DNA of 64,000 nucleotides from Gammaproteobacteria bacterium (GCA_965221695.1 OZ244905.1:1888001-1952000), one strand, 5' to 3'; positions 10,807 through 21,445 are shown, numbered from the stretch's first letter. A program made the numbers and translations. The notes: generated from the letters alone by a model not told the origin.

Positions 10807-11031
10807 ATGTCCCAGGAACTCATTGCTATCATCATTGCCGCAATCGGCTTGGCCGGGCTTATTCTCAGGCAAGGCCAACGTATCGACAGGTTGGACGAGC
10901 ACCTGGCTGATGTGCGTGAGCGCATGGCGCGCATCGAAGGACTTATCGAAGGCTGGACAAGACCACGAACCACCGTGTTTACCCCACCACCAAACGAAGA
11001 TCCCTCAAGTCGTACCGGAACCGACGGCTAA
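10807..11031 (+). CDS. Small hypothetical membrane protein (N-terminal TM + coiled coil)
   Basis: ELIAIIIAAIGLAGLIL followed by RIDRLDEHLADVRERMARIEGLIEG; extended -10 located 7 nt upstream of the ATG. Confidence 0.7.
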   Translation: MSQELIAIIIAAIGLAGLILRQGQRIDRLDEHLADVRERMARIEGLIEGWTRPRTTVFTPPPNEDPSSRTGTDG

Positions 11032-11131
11032 CAAGAAACTGGCCAGACTCATACGTCGTCATTTCTCTTCACATTGGGCACAAACAGATCTCGTGCTGCC
11101 CGGATGAAATTCCGAAATTCCTGACAGGATT

Positions 11132-11905
11132 ATGAGCGTTCAGATAGACATGGACGGCAAGGTTGCGTTGATTACCGGCGCCGGCGGCGGCATTGGCGCA
11201 GCGACTGCGCGGGCTTTTGCCGAAGCCGGCGCAAACCTGGTACTCACAGATAAGCTGGAACAGGTAAAAGAGGTCGCGATCGACCTGGAAAACTACGGTA
11301 TCAAGGCAGTGGCCTCCGTCGCGGACATAGCCCTTTCCGAAAATTGCAAGGCTGTAACAGACTTGGCTATGTCTGAGTTCGGCCGGCTGGATTACGCTTT
11401 CAATAACGCGGGTATCGGTTCCTCACCGGTACCGGTGGGCGAGATGGCGGACGAGGATTGGCACAGGATTATGGATGTCAACCTGAACGCGGTGTATTAC
11501 TGTATCAAGTACCAGGCGCCGGCAATGCTTGCCAACGGTGGCGGCGTTATCATCAACAACAGTTCTTTCTGTGGCGTCGCGCCGCTGCAGGATTCCAGCA
11601 TCGAATACACCGCCGCCAAGCACGGCGTCATCGGCCTGACCCGGCAGGTGGCCCTGAACCACGCGCGAGAAGGTATCCGTTGTATTGCAGTCTGCCCGGG
11701 TTTCATTATGACGCCGCTGACGGACGCCGACCAGGGAAGCCGCCTTAGCAAACAAGCCCAGCAATGGTTTCTTGAACGCACGCCCCAGGGACGTCTGGGA
11801 CAGCCGGAAGATGTCGCCCGGGTTGTCCGCATGCTGTGTTCAGACGAGGCGGCGTATATCAACGGCGCCTGGATCCCGGTAGACGGCGGCCTGCTATTGT
11901 CTTGA
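11132..11905 (+). CDS. Short-chain dehydrogenase/reductase
   Basis: TGAGGGIG, NNAG, YTAAK, PG, VDGG. Confidence 0.93.
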   Translation: MSVQIDMDGKVALITGAGGGIGAATARAFAEAGANLVLTDKLEQVKEVAIDLENYGIKAVASVADIALSENCKAVTDLAMSEFGRLDYAFNNAGIGSSPVPVGEMADEDWHRIMDVNLNAVYYCIKYQAPAMLANGGGVIINNSSFCGVAPLQDSSIEYTAAKHGVIGLTRQVALNHAREGIRCIAVCPGFIMTPLTDADQGSRLSKQAQQWFLERTPQGRLGQPEDVARVVRMLCSDEAAYINGAWIPVDGGLLLS

Positions 11906-11917
11906 ACCTGGAAAATA

Positions 11918-12802
11918 ATGAAAGAACTGTCTGGGAAAGTTGCTGTTGTCACCGGCGCCGCGCGGGGCATCGGCTTCGCGCTATGTGAACAGTTCGCAGA
12001 AGCGGGCATGAAGCTTGTGCTTGCCGATATCGACGCCGCCGGTCTTGCGGAAGCGGAGAAAGCATTGCAATCTAGGGGCAGTGAAACGCTGGCATTTGTT
12101 ACGGACGTGAGCCAGGAACAGGACCTGCGGCGCCTGGCTGACAACACCATTGAGCGTTTTGGCGCGGCACATGTGTTATGCAACAATGCCGGCATCTTTG
12201 GCCACCCGGCCTATGCCTGGGAGCAAAGCCCGCAGCAATGGCAGGCGGCGCTTAATATCAACCTATGGGGAGTGATCAACGGTATCCGAGCCTTTGTGCC
12301 CATCATGCTGGAACAGGCATGTGAGGCTCATGTTGTCAATGTCGCGTCGGTGGCGGGCCACCTGGTGCAGCCGTTCATGACGCCCTACCATGCCTCCAAG
12401 TTTGCCGTCGCCGCGGTATCGGAATCGCTCTACCACGAACTCGATTTATTGAATTCCAGCATTGGCGTAACCCTGCTGTGTCCCGGTTTCACAAATACCG
12501 GGATACTGGACACCCGGCAGGATGACACAGGCGCTTGTGAAGAAATGACCGAACCTGAACGCATGCGATTCATCCGCTCGTCCATGGAACAAGGCGTGAA
12601 TACCGGAATGAGCGCGCGCGCGGTCGCGGAGAAGACCCTGGACGCCATCAGGGAAAACCGGTTCTACGTGTTTCCCGGCCCCCATACCTTGGACATGATC
12701 AAAGTCCGTTTTGACAGCATACTTGCACAGGAAAACCCTGATATGGACGCGGCGGTCAAACAACGATTTAACCCGGAACAAACCCATGACCGGCAGGGTT
12801 GA
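11918..12802 (+). CDS. Short-chain dehydrogenase/reductase
   Basis: TGAARGIG, NNAG, YHASK. Confidence 0.92.
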   Translation: MKELSGKVAVVTGAARGIGFALCEQFAEAGMKLVLADIDAAGLAEAEKALQSRGSETLAFVTDVSQEQDLRRLADNTIERFGAAHVLCNNAGIFGHPAYAWEQSPQQWQAALNINLWGVINGIRAFVPIMLEQACEAHVVNVASVAGHLVQPFMTPYHASKFAVAAVSESLYHELDLLNSSIGVTLLCPGFTNTGILDTRQDDTGACEEMTEPERMRFIRSSMEQGVNTGMSARAVAEKTLDAIRENRFYVFPGPHTLDMIKVRFDSILAQENPDMDAAVKQRFNPEQTHDRQG

Positions 12803-13607
12803 ACTTCGCAAACGAACCATCATTTCACTTGATCCCGTCCGCCACGAACCCGTGTTGCGAGAAATGGACGATGATGAAAAACGCCTGTATTTTTTTGGAG
12901 AAACCGTGGGTTTGCTCGTCTTCCGGCCCTGGTACTACTGTATCGCCCAACCCGGACATATGGCCAATATGCGTTCCTATGATTTTCCCGTGCGGCTGGC
13001 CTTTGTGGACGATCCCTTTGACCCGGACGGTTTTCTTACCGGCCGGCCGGACTGGAAGGGCTGGAACCTTCCCAACTGGATTCATGCCGCAAAACAGTTG
13101 GAAGAGGATGGCGTTCGGGCTATTGTCGGCGGTTGTGGATTAAGCTCGAACATCCAGCGGGAGATTACGGCCGCCGTATCGATTCCGTTTTATTCATCGA
13201 CCCTGTGTTTCATTCCAGAGATGCTGGATGCGCTGCCGGAAGATCAAGGGGTAGGCATCCTGACCGTATCAAAACAGCAGTTGTGCGGCCATAACATGGC
13301 CTCGTTCCGTTCATGCGGGATTGAAGATGACAGCAGGCTATTCATAGCCGGCATGAACGAATCGCGATACGCCGAACAATGGCTGACGATGACGACGCCG
13401 GAGTATGATTTTTCGGTCGTCCGGGACGCGGTAACAAACACCGCCGCACAGCTTATCAAGGACAATCCGTCCATTGCAACACTGGTTCTGGAATGTACCG
13501 ATATGCCGCCGTATGCCGATGTGCTGCGCAAGAGAACCGGTCTGCCAGTGTTCGACCCCGTTGATCTGGTGCGCCGGGTTCATGACATGGTGAAAACATG
13601 TCCGTAG
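12786..13607 (+). CDS. Asp/Glu/hydantoin racemase superfamily protein
   Basis: Two-Cys motifs AIVGGCG and VLECTDMPPY, then TGLPVFD; start placed at ATG 12786. Confidence 0.75.
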   Translation: MTGRVELRKRTIISLDPVRHEPVLREMDDDEKRLYFFGETVGLLVFRPWYYCIAQPGHMANMRSYDFPVRLAFVDDPFDPDGFLTGRPDWKGWNLPNWIHAAKQLEEDGVRAIVGGCGLSSNIQREITAAVSIPFYSSTLCFIPEMLDALPEDQGVGILTVSKQQLCGHNMASFRSCGIEDDSRLFIAGMNESRYAEQWLTMTTPEYDFSVVRDAVTNTAAQLIKDNPSIATLVLECTDMPPYADVLRKRTGLPVFDPVDLVRRVHDMVKTCP

Positions 13608-13617
13608 ATTCATCTAA

Positions 13618-13644
13618 GGAAGCTCTGACTTAATCAGTGTTTCC
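13618..13644 (+). repeat. 27-bp REP-like palindrome
   Basis: GGAAGCTCTGA-CTTAA-TCAGTGTTTCC, 10 nt after a stop codon. Confidence 0.75.
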
Positions 13645-13768
13645 CAAATTCATTCCCTGAATTGATACTTTCGGGTGATGGAATAAGTCAAAAAATACGA
13701 TAATGTTGAGAAAGATATCCTGTTTATATGGGCAATGGTGATTCCTGAAAGCAGTGGGAGAATAAAAT

Positions 13769-14875
13769 ATGAGCAACAAACCCGTCGTCGTTTATGGCGC
13801 CAGCGGTTATACCGGCCGCCTTGTCTGTGAATACCTGAGGCAATACCAGATACCCTTTGTGGCCGCGGGCCGCAACCGGGAGCGCCTGGAAAAGATCATG
13901 GCCCTGGTGCCCGGCATTGAGACTGCGGAGTATGAGATTGCAGAGGTAGAGCACAGCGTCCAGGGGCTGACTGACCTGTTCAAAGGGGCTGAGGTAGTCT
14001 GCAATGTGATTGGCCCGTTCGAGTACCTTGGCGAACCGGTGGTGGAAGCCGCTTTGAACGCGGACTGTCATTATATCGATACGACCGGCGAGCCGGCGTT
14101 CATTAAATCTGTCAAGGCTAAATTCGGCAGCCTTTATGCTGATGCCGGCCTTGCGCTGGCGCCCAGCGTCGCCTATATGTATGCGCCTCTTGACATCTGT
14201 GCCCGCTACTGCCTGGAAAAAGAGGGCATAGACAGCCTGGAGGCGGTGGCCTCGGCCACTGCGATACCTACTTATGCGTCCACACAGTCCATTTTTGCCT
14301 TGTTCAAGGCCCCGGCAACATTCCTGGAGAATAACCGGATGGTGGAATGGCCGGCGGCAAGAGGCTACGAGGTGATGGTGTCCGGCCACGCCATTGCCCA
14401 GTTTGCCCATCCTTGGGGAGGGGGAGGCCTGCCGATCTGGTTTGAGGACGACTACCGGGTGCGCAACTGCAAACAGTTGACCAGTTTTACCAACCGGCCC
14501 ATGTTCGAAGCCGTGATAAATATCCACAAGCACTACGAAGAGAATATCAAACCGCTGCCCAAGGAAGAGCAGGAAAAAGCATTGAGCGAGCTCGCTGCAG
14601 ACATGCAACCGGGCGAACCGCCCCGGGAGAACATGTTGATCCATCGCACCAGCGATCAGGTGGTGGGCACGGGCACCGCCGCGCAGCGCACTGTCGTATT
14701 GCGCAGCGGGCCCGCTTACTACCAGACCGGCATCTTCCAGGCGGCCGCGGTCAACAAACTACTGCATGACGGCGCCGACAAGACAGGCTTTGCTTCCCCC
14801 TGCGAAGTGGCGGGCCACCGCTACCTGCTGGGCGAGTTGAAAAACTTTCTGCCGGCGGAACTGGAAATAAGCTGA
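13769..14875 (+). CDS. Saccharopine-dehydrogenase-like NAD(P)-binding oxidoreductase
   Basis: VVVYGASGYTG, AGRN, GPF..GEPVVEA, HYIDTTGE. Confidence 0.85.
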   Translation: MSNKPVVVYGASGYTGRLVCEYLRQYQIPFVAAGRNRERLEKIMALVPGIETAEYEIAEVEHSVQGLTDLFKGAEVVCNVIGPFEYLGEPVVEAALNADCHYIDTTGEPAFIKSVKAKFGSLYADAGLALAPSVAYMYAPLDICARYCLEKEGIDSLEAVASATAIPTYASTQSIFALFKAPATFLENNRMVEWPAARGYEVMVSGHAIAQFAHPWGGGGLPIWFEDDYRVRNCKQLTSFTNRPMFEAVINIHKHYEENIKPLPKEEQEKALSELAADMQPGEPPRENMLIHRTSDQVVGTGTAAQRTVVLRSGPAYYQTGIFQAAAVNKLLHDGADKTGFASPCEVAGHRYLLGELKNFLPAELEIS

Positions 14876-14948
14876 TGCATGACTGCATTGCAGATCAGTC
14901 AATGAAATGAGTCAATATCCGATTGCGGTCAACAAAATAGCTTAGCCC

Positions 14949-16502
14949 ATGCGTCTCATCGATTTCTTCGACCAGGGTGTTCGCTACTACGCCGACAAGG
15001 TCGCTTTTGTTGACCGTCACGGCAGCTATAGCTACGCCGAGGCAGACCGGCAGATACACCGGATTGCCGCGGCGATCCACGGCAATGGTTATGACAAGGG
15101 AACCCGTATCGGTGTCTATTCGCCCAATTCAAACATGGCCTGGTTGGCCATGCTGGGACTGATGCGGGCCGAAGGGGTGTGGCTGCCCATCAACCCGCGC
15201 AACAATGCCGCCACCAATATCGATCTCGGAAACCGTTTCAGCATGGACATCCTGTTCTATGATTCCTGCTTCAATGAACAGGTGAGCGAGATACGGGCGG
15301 CTGTGCCCGCAATAAAGGAGTTTGTCTGTATTGAAGGCGCCGGCAGCGCAGGCAGGGGGCTGGCTGAATTTACCGAGGGGCACGGTGACTTACACCAGAC
15401 TGGGCCCCAGCAAGCAGGTGAACTGGCCGCGATATTTCCTACCGGCGGCACCACCGGTAAATCCAAGGGCGTGCTGATGAACCATGAAGCCCTGGAAACC
15501 TTCGCTGCGAATTATTATGCACATTTCCGCTACTATGAAAACAGTGTAAACCTGGTCGTCGCGCCAATGACTCATGCCGCCGGCATCATGGGCTGCCTGC
15601 ACTTCATGCGCGGCGGCAGGAACGTGGTGGTCAAAAATTTGGACCCTCTGTCTATCATGCAAGATATTGAGGCGCACAAGGTAACACACTTGTTCCTGCC
15701 GCCTACGCTGATGTACATGATGCTCGCCCATCCGGATGTGGGAGAATATGATTACGCATCCCTGCAACATTTCGTGGTCGGCGCCGCTCCCACCTCCCTG
15801 GAGAAACTCAAGGAGGCAGTAACGGTGTTCGGACACTGCATGTCTGAAGCCTACGGCCAGGTTGAAGCGCCGGCCGCGATCACCTTGAAGGCGCCATGGG
15901 ATTATCTGGATGATCAGGGCAATATCAATGAGGAAAGATTAAAGAGCATCGGCCGGCCCGGGTGTTTTAATGATGTGAAAATACTTGATGAAAATGAAGC
16001 AGAAGCGCCTCGCGGGCAGCCGGGAGAAATCTGCGTCAAAGGCCGCCTGGTCACGCTCGGGTACCTGGACAACCCGGTGGCCACGGCGGAATCATTCCGC
16101 GACGGCTGGTTGTGGACCGGGGACATAGGGATAATGGATAACAACGGCTATATCAACATAGTAGACCGCAGGAAGGACATGATCATCAGCGGCGGCTTCA
16201 ACATCTATCCCAACGAAGTGGAACAGGTGTTGATGGAACACCCTGCAGTACAGGAAGCGGCCGTCATTGGTATTCCCAGCGAGAAATGGGGAGAAGCGGT
16301 AAAAGGCATCATTCAGTTGCGACCAGGACAGGAGGCAAGTGAACACGAGCTCATTGCCCTGGCAAAAGAAAAACTGGGCAGCGTCAAGGCGCCGAAAAGC
16401 ATTGACTTTATCGAAGAATTTCCAAAGAGCGCGGCAGGAAAAGTACTGAAAACCGAGCTGCGCAAACCCTACTGGCAGGGCAGGGAGAGAGCGGTCAATT
16501 AG
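14949..16502 (+). CDS. Acyl-CoA ligase (AMP-binding)
   Basis: TGGTTGKSKG, YGQVE, GDIG, DRRKDMIISGGFNIYP, PKSAAGKVLK. Confidence 0.93.
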   Translation: MRLIDFFDQGVRYYADKVAFVDRHGSYSYAEADRQIHRIAAAIHGNGYDKGTRIGVYSPNSNMAWLAMLGLMRAEGVWLPINPRNNAATNIDLGNRFSMDILFYDSCFNEQVSEIRAAVPAIKEFVCIEGAGSAGRGLAEFTEGHGDLHQTGPQQAGELAAIFPTGGTTGKSKGVLMNHEALETFAANYYAHFRYYENSVNLVVAPMTHAAGIMGCLHFMRGGRNVVVKNLDPLSIMQDIEAHKVTHLFLPPTLMYMMLAHPDVGEYDYASLQHFVVGAAPTSLEKLKEAVTVFGHCMSEAYGQVEAPAAITLKAPWDYLDDQGNINEERLKSIGRPGCFNDVKILDENEAEAPRGQPGEICVKGRLVTLGYLDNPVATAESFRDGWLWTGDIGIMDNNGYINIVDRRKDMIISGGFNIYPNEVEQVLMEHPAVQEAAVIGIPSEKWGEAVKGIIQLRPGQEASEHELIALAKEKLGSVKAPKSIDFIEEFPKSAAGKVLKTELRKPYWQGRERAVN

Positions 16503-16506
16503 CATC

Positions 16507-17748
16507 GTGAAACAGAACGCTTACATCGCCGGCGCTGCCATGACCCGGTTCGGCAAGTATCCGGATCGCTCCCTTAAATCCCTGGCCCAGGAAGCCATCC
16601 GCGGCGCGTTGCAAGATGCCGGCCTGGATGCAAGCGCCTTACAGGCAGCCTGGATAGGCAATGCCGGCGCCGGGGTGTTATCGGGACAGGTGTGTGTGCC
16701 GGGACAGGTGATACTGCGTGACATGGGCGTCGGCAGCATACCGGTCATCAACGTGGAAAACGCCTGCGCCTCTTCCGCCACGGCTTTTCAACAGGCCTGC
16801 TCCATGGTGAGTCTGGACGCCCATGACATTGTCCTGGCTTGTGGCGTGGAAAAACTCTATAGCGAAGACAAACAAAAAACATTCGCCGTATTCAGCGGCG
16901 GCATTGATGTCGAACAGCACGATTTGATCACGGCGGAGATTAAAACTGAACTCGCCCGCGCGGGTTGCAACCCGAACATTGATGAAGCAGGAAAAAATCG
17001 TTCCCTGTTTATCGATATCTATGTATCCTGGGCGCTGAAGCACATGGACAGGCACGGTACGACCCGGGAGCAACTCGCGACAGTGTCCGCGAAGAATTCC
17101 CTGCACGGCAGTCTCAACCCCTGTGCGCAGTACCGCGAAGCCCTGTCCGTGGAAGATGTGCTCCGAGCCAGGGAAGTGGTATGGCCTTTCACCCTGCCCA
17201 TGTGTTCGCCCATAGGCGATGGCGCCGCCGCCGTCATTATTGTCAGCGAAAAAAAGGCGCGGCAAATGGGCAATGGGCGCATGGTAAAGGTGGAGGCCTC
17301 CTCGCTGACCAGTGGCTATGATTACCTGGAAGACACTGGCAATGAACCGCCACGCACAGCCGCGGCCGCCATCTATGATGAAGCCTCTATCGGCCCCGAT
17401 GAACTGGATTGCGTGGAATTGCATGACGCCTCCGCCATTTCCGAGATCATGTATTACGAGTACCTCGGCCTGTGCGCTGACGGCGCAGGTGGCGAGTATG
17501 CGGAAGCCGGACACAGCACTCTGGGGGGCAGTCTGCCGGTTAACACATCGGGTGGTTTGATGCGTAAGGGCCACCCGGTCGGCGCCACCGGCGCGGCGCA
17601 ACTGGTTGAACTGGTCTGGCAGCTAAGGGGGGAAGCCGACGCCAGGCAGGTGGACGGCGCGCGCATTGCCCTGGCAGAAAACGGTGGCGGTTATATCGGC
17701 AGCGATGTGGCTGCGCTGGTTCTTACGATTCTCAGCGCAGGCGGATAA
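16507..17748 (+). CDS. SCP-x/SCP2-type thiolase
   Basis: VENACASS, ELHDA, KGHPVGATG, ENGGG. Confidence 0.92.
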   Translation: MKQNAYIAGAAMTRFGKYPDRSLKSLAQEAIRGALQDAGLDASALQAAWIGNAGAGVLSGQVCVPGQVILRDMGVGSIPVINVENACASSATAFQQACSMVSLDAHDIVLACGVEKLYSEDKQKTFAVFSGGIDVEQHDLITAEIKTELARAGCNPNIDEAGKNRSLFIDIYVSWALKHMDRHGTTREQLATVSAKNSLHGSLNPCAQYREALSVEDVLRAREVVWPFTLPMCSPIGDGAAAVIIVSEKKARQMGNGRMVKVEASSLTSGYDYLEDTGNEPPRTAAAAIYDEASIGPDELDCVELHDASAISEIMYYEYLGLCADGAGGEYAEAGHSTLGGSLPVNTSGGLMRKGHPVGATGAAQLVELVWQLRGEADARQVDGARIALAENGGGYIGSDVAALVLTILSAGG

Positions 17749-17761
17749 CGCGGACAACAAC

Positions 17762-19012
17762 ATGATCATGCCGCGCCGCTATACCATGATGTTATTGCTG
17801 TTGCTGGCACTGTTCCTGTGTTATGTGGACCGGGTCATTATCTCCCTGGCGGCGGTGGATATGCAGCAGGAACTGGGATGGAGCGATACCGGCAAAGGGC
17901 TGGTCTTCTCCGCTTTTTTCCTTGGCTATTTTGTGATGCAGATAGGTAGCGGTATCCTGTCACAGGTTTACGGCGGCCGCAATGTTCTGCTTTTTGCGGT
18001 TCTGCTCTGGTCCCTGTTTACCGTGCTGACCCCGCCCGCGGCCTATGCGTCATTTGCGATACTGATCTTTGCGCGCTTCATGCTGGGCATTGGCGAAGGC
18101 GCAGCCTATCCCGCGGCATACAACCTGGTCTATGCCTGGATGAAGTCGGGCGAGATATCCCGCTCCATCAGCCTGACCACGGCAGCAAGCACACTCGGAA
18201 CGGTATTCGCGTTCCTGGTAGCCGGTAAATTAATTGGCCTTTACGGCTGGCCATGGGTGTTCTATTTCTTCGGCTGCCTGGGCGCGCTATGGGCGTTGTT
18301 CTGGATAAGGCATATTCCCGCCAGGCCCGGCGAACAGGATCCCGAAAGCCAGCAAGCCGGGAACGGGAACAAGTCCAGGCTCGACATTCCATGGAAGATT
18401 ATTTTCACCCGCGCCCCTTCACTGGCGCTGTTTTGTGTCGCTGTCTGTTTCTGGGGGGTTATCTTCCCCTTGGCAAGCTGGCTGCCCAGTTATTATATCG
18501 ATACCTTTAAGGTCTCGCTTACGCAAGCCGGGCTTTATTCCATATTGCCCTGGCTGGCTGTGTCCGTCAGTGTCATCCTTGCCGGTATTCTCGCAGACAG
18601 GCTGTTGCAAAACGGCATGACAAAAATCAGGGTGCGCAAGGGGTTTGTCTGCATCAGCGCCGGCGGCGCGGCAATCTGCCTGCTGCTTCTGATGAATTCA
18701 TCCTCCCTGGGTTCAGCCATCATATATGTCAGCCTGGTGTTTGCGTTTGTCGGGACCATCGTTCCCGGCTTTGCGCCCAATGCTGCCGATATACTCCCGG
18801 ATCACGGCGCGATACTCTACGGATTCCTGGCTGCAACAGGGTCCTTGTCCGGCGCGGTAGTGACGGCTCTTACCGGCGCGCTGCTGGATGAAACCGGTAG
18901 TTATGGCAGTGTTTTCCTGTTAATGGCTGCCCTGTCTTTCTCATGTCTGTTAGTATTCCAGTTATTCGGTAAGGCCGAACCATTGGTTAAAACAGGAGCG
19001 CAAAATGTATGA
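17762..19012 (+). CDS. MFS transporter (ACS/sialin-like)
   Basis: CYVDRV, ARFMLGIGEG, WLPSY, about 12 hydrophobic segments; start placed at ATG 17762. Confidence 0.9.
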   Translation: MIMPRRYTMMLLLLLALFLCYVDRVIISLAAVDMQQELGWSDTGKGLVFSAFFLGYFVMQIGSGILSQVYGGRNVLLFAVLLWSLFTVLTPPAAYASFAILIFARFMLGIGEGAAYPAAYNLVYAWMKSGEISRSISLTTAASTLGTVFAFLVAGKLIGLYGWPWVFYFFGCLGALWALFWIRHIPARPGEQDPESQQAGNGNKSRLDIPWKIIFTRAPSLALFCVAVCFWGVIFPLASWLPSYYIDTFKVSLTQAGLYSILPWLAVSVSVILAGILADRLLQNGMTKIRVRKGFVCISAGGAAICLLLLMNSSSLGSAIIYVSLVFAFVGTIVPGFAPNAADILPDHGAILYGFLAATGSLSGAVVTALTGALLDETGSYGSVFLLMAALSFSCLLVFQLFGKAEPLVKTGAQNV

Positions 19013-20075
19013 TTTTGGTTTGACACCGGAACAGGAAGAACGGGCAAAACAGACCCATGAACGGGCGGTTGTGATCGATATGCTGGCCGAAAGCACATTC
19101 CCGGATGGATTGTTCGATGACATGAAACAGGGTGGATTGACTTGCGGAAGTTTTACCATCGGCGCCTCAGGCCTGCATCATTTCATCAACGGAACCCTTC
19201 CCCAACACGATGACTGGTGGTCCTACGACGTGACAGTCAAGGATCTCAGTTGCTGGAATGGCATTTATAATGATGCGGACAACGGTATTATCCCGGTCCA
19301 TACAGTCAGTGATATCCACAAGGCAAAATCCGAAGACAAATGTGGGATTATTCTGAATGTCCAGAATTCAATCTGTGTCGGGACCGATACTGACAACCTT
19401 GATTTTTTCTACAACCTGGGTTTGCGTGTGATCCAGCTTACCTATAACCTGCAGAATTTCATGGGATCGGGCTGCCTGGAAGAGCCGAAAAAGAACCTCA
19501 GCCAGTTCGGCATACAAGCAATCAGTCGGATGAACGAACTGGGCATCCTGGTGGATACCGGCCATACCGGCGACGGAACGCTCAAGCATGCGATAGATGT
19601 GTCGGAAAAACCCATATCCTGCTCCCATGCCGGCCTCGCGGCCAAATCCGCTTCCGTCAATCCTCGCGTGCAATCGGATTCGGCGCTGAAAAAGCTGGCA
19701 GACAATGGCGGCGTATTCGGCCTGGCCGCCATCCCCGGAATTTTGACAGGGCAAGTGCGTTGCACGATCAACGATTATCTTGACCATCTGGGCTACGCGA
19801 TCGATGTGATGGGCATGGATCACGTGGGTATCGGTTCAGATTTTATTGCCGGCGCGACCCTGGAGCAAATTGCGACCGCGCCGGACTGGAAAGGCAAGCA
19901 GGCGCCGACATCCCTGGAAGTGTGGCCGGTTTGTACTGGGCATGACGGTCTGGAAAACCACTCAATGTATATGAACCTGACCCGCGGCCTAGTGGCCAGG
20001 GGATATTCCGATGAGGACATCGGCAAGTTAATGGGCGGCAACTGGTTGCGTCTGCTGTCGGAGACCATAGGCTGA
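19005..20075 (+). CDS. Membrane dipeptidase (peptidase M19) family amidohydrolase
   Basis: GLRVIQLTYN, ILVDTGH, SHAG, HVGIGSDF, KLMGGNWLR. Confidence 0.88.
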   Translation: MYDFGLTPEQEERAKQTHERAVVIDMLAESTFPDGLFDDMKQGGLTCGSFTIGASGLHHFINGTLPQHDDWWSYDVTVKDLSCWNGIYNDADNGIIPVHTVSDIHKAKSEDKCGIILNVQNSICVGTDTDNLDFFYNLGLRVIQLTYNLQNFMGSGCLEEPKKNLSQFGIQAISRMNELGILVDTGHTGDGTLKHAIDVSEKPISCSHAGLAAKSASVNPRVQSDSALKKLADNGGVFGLAAIPGILTGQVRCTINDYLDHLGYAIDVMGMDHVGIGSDFIAGATLEQIATAPDWKGKQAPTSLEVWPVCTGHDGLENHSMYMNLTRGLVARGYSDEDIGKLMGGNWLRLLSETIG

Positions 20076-20095
20076 ACGCGCCGAAACGATAAGCC

Positions 20096-21244
20096 ATGGA
20101 CTTTTCACTCACAGAAGAACAACAACTGGCGTTGGATTCGTTCCGGCGCTTTGCCACTTCAGAACTTCGTCCAAGAATGGAGGCTTACCAGGACAGCTTT
20201 GTGCCCAAGGAGGAAATGCGGTCGCTGATAAAACAACTCCAGCCGTTTGGCGTCATCAACGGACCCGTGGCAGAGGAAGATGGCGGTTTCGCTATCGACA
20301 TGATCACATACGGCCTGTTGTTCGAGGAACTGGCCCGCGCGTCGGCTGACCTGGCAGTAGTCGCGTTGTTGCAGATGGAATGCGGCAAACTGCTCGCCGG
20401 CGTTCCCGGCGATCTGACCGCACCCTATTTACAAGCCATTGCTGATTGCGAAAAGTTCGGCTCCATTGGCATCAGCGAACCGGATGTAGGTTCGAATATT
20501 GCCGAGGTCAAGACCCGCGCCCGGCGCGAGGGCGATCATTTTGTGCTCAACGGAGAAAAACAGTGGATTTCCAACGGCCATTATTCGGATTTCAACATCT
20601 GCGTGGCACAGGTGGAGAATGATAAGGAAAAAGAAGGGCTGGCCCTGTTGCTGGTGGACCGGGAACACGGTTACACCAGCCGGAATATTCCCAAAATGAT
20701 CCTGAACAGCCAGTCCACCGCGCAGTTGTTCTTCAGCGATGTGCGTGTGCCGCAAGCAAACCTGCTGACCGCGCCGGGCAGAGGGCTGGGGAAGATGCTG
20801 GGTCTGCTGGAGGCCGGGCGTCCCCTGGTCGGGCTGATGGCGGTTGCCGTAGCGCAGGCAGCCATGGATGATTCCATGGCTTACGCGCTGGAACGGAAAC
20901 AACACGGCAAACTCATAGCAGAACACCAGTTGGTCCAGGCCATGATCGCAGAGATGGCGACGGACATCGATGCGGCCAGACTGTTATGTTACCGGGCGCT
21001 GGACCGGGTTGAAAAAGGTCTGGGCAGCGCTGTTGAAAGTTCCAAGGCGAAACTGTTTGCCACCAATATGGCTTTGCGTGTTGTGAACAAGGCCATGGAG
21101 ATCCACGGCGGCAACGGCCTGACCACGGAATTCCGGGTGGAAAAACTCTATCGCCTTGCGCGCATCTTCCCTATCACCGAAGGGACAGAGGAAATGCAGA
21201 AATTGATAATCGCCAGGGGTTTACTTGGCGTGCCAGCATTTTAA
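20096..21244 (+). CDS. Acyl-CoA dehydrogenase
   Basis: MDFSLTEEQ, ISEPDVGS, LNGEKQWISNG, EIHGGNG, ITEGTEEMQ. Confidence 0.94.
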   Translation: MDFSLTEEQQLALDSFRRFATSELRPRMEAYQDSFVPKEEMRSLIKQLQPFGVINGPVAEEDGGFAIDMITYGLLFEELARASADLAVVALLQMECGKLLAGVPGDLTAPYLQAIADCEKFGSIGISEPDVGSNIAEVKTRARREGDHFVLNGEKQWISNGHYSDFNICVAQVENDKEKEGLALLLVDREHGYTSRNIPKMILNSQSTAQLFFSDVRVPQANLLTAPGRGLGKMLGLLEAGRPLVGLMAVAVAQAAMDDSMAYALERKQHGKLIAEHQLVQAMIAEMATDIDAARLLCYRALDRVEKGLGSAVESSKAKLFATNMALRVVNKAMEIHGGNGLTTEFRVEKLYRLARIFPITEGTEEMQKLIIARGLLGVPAF

Positions 21245-21249
21245 TATAG

Positions 21250-21284
21250 GGAAGCTGTGAATAAGTCCGCACAGGACTTGTCAG
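21250..21284 (+). repeat. Truncated left end of the MITE-like element
   Basis: GGAAGCTGTGAATAAGTCCGCACAGGACTTGTCAG aligns with 23066-23100. Confidence 0.7.
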
Positions 21285-21399
21285 GGCACGCAAGCGACGG
21301 TTTGTTCACCGGGAACCCGGTTACGAATGCGAGATATCTATCGTGTATTCCGGCTGACGCAGGAATGGGGGGCTTTGTCGTAACTGGGTCGCTCGCAGT

Positions 21400-21445
21400 A
21401 ATCCATGGGGTCTTGCTGCATTCGTTGACCCCATGGATTTTCTTT
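21400..21445 (+). terminator. 13-bp perfect hairpin followed by a T-rich tract
   Basis: AATCCATGGGGTC-14 nt-GACCCCATGGATT followed by TTCTTT. Confidence 0.6.
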
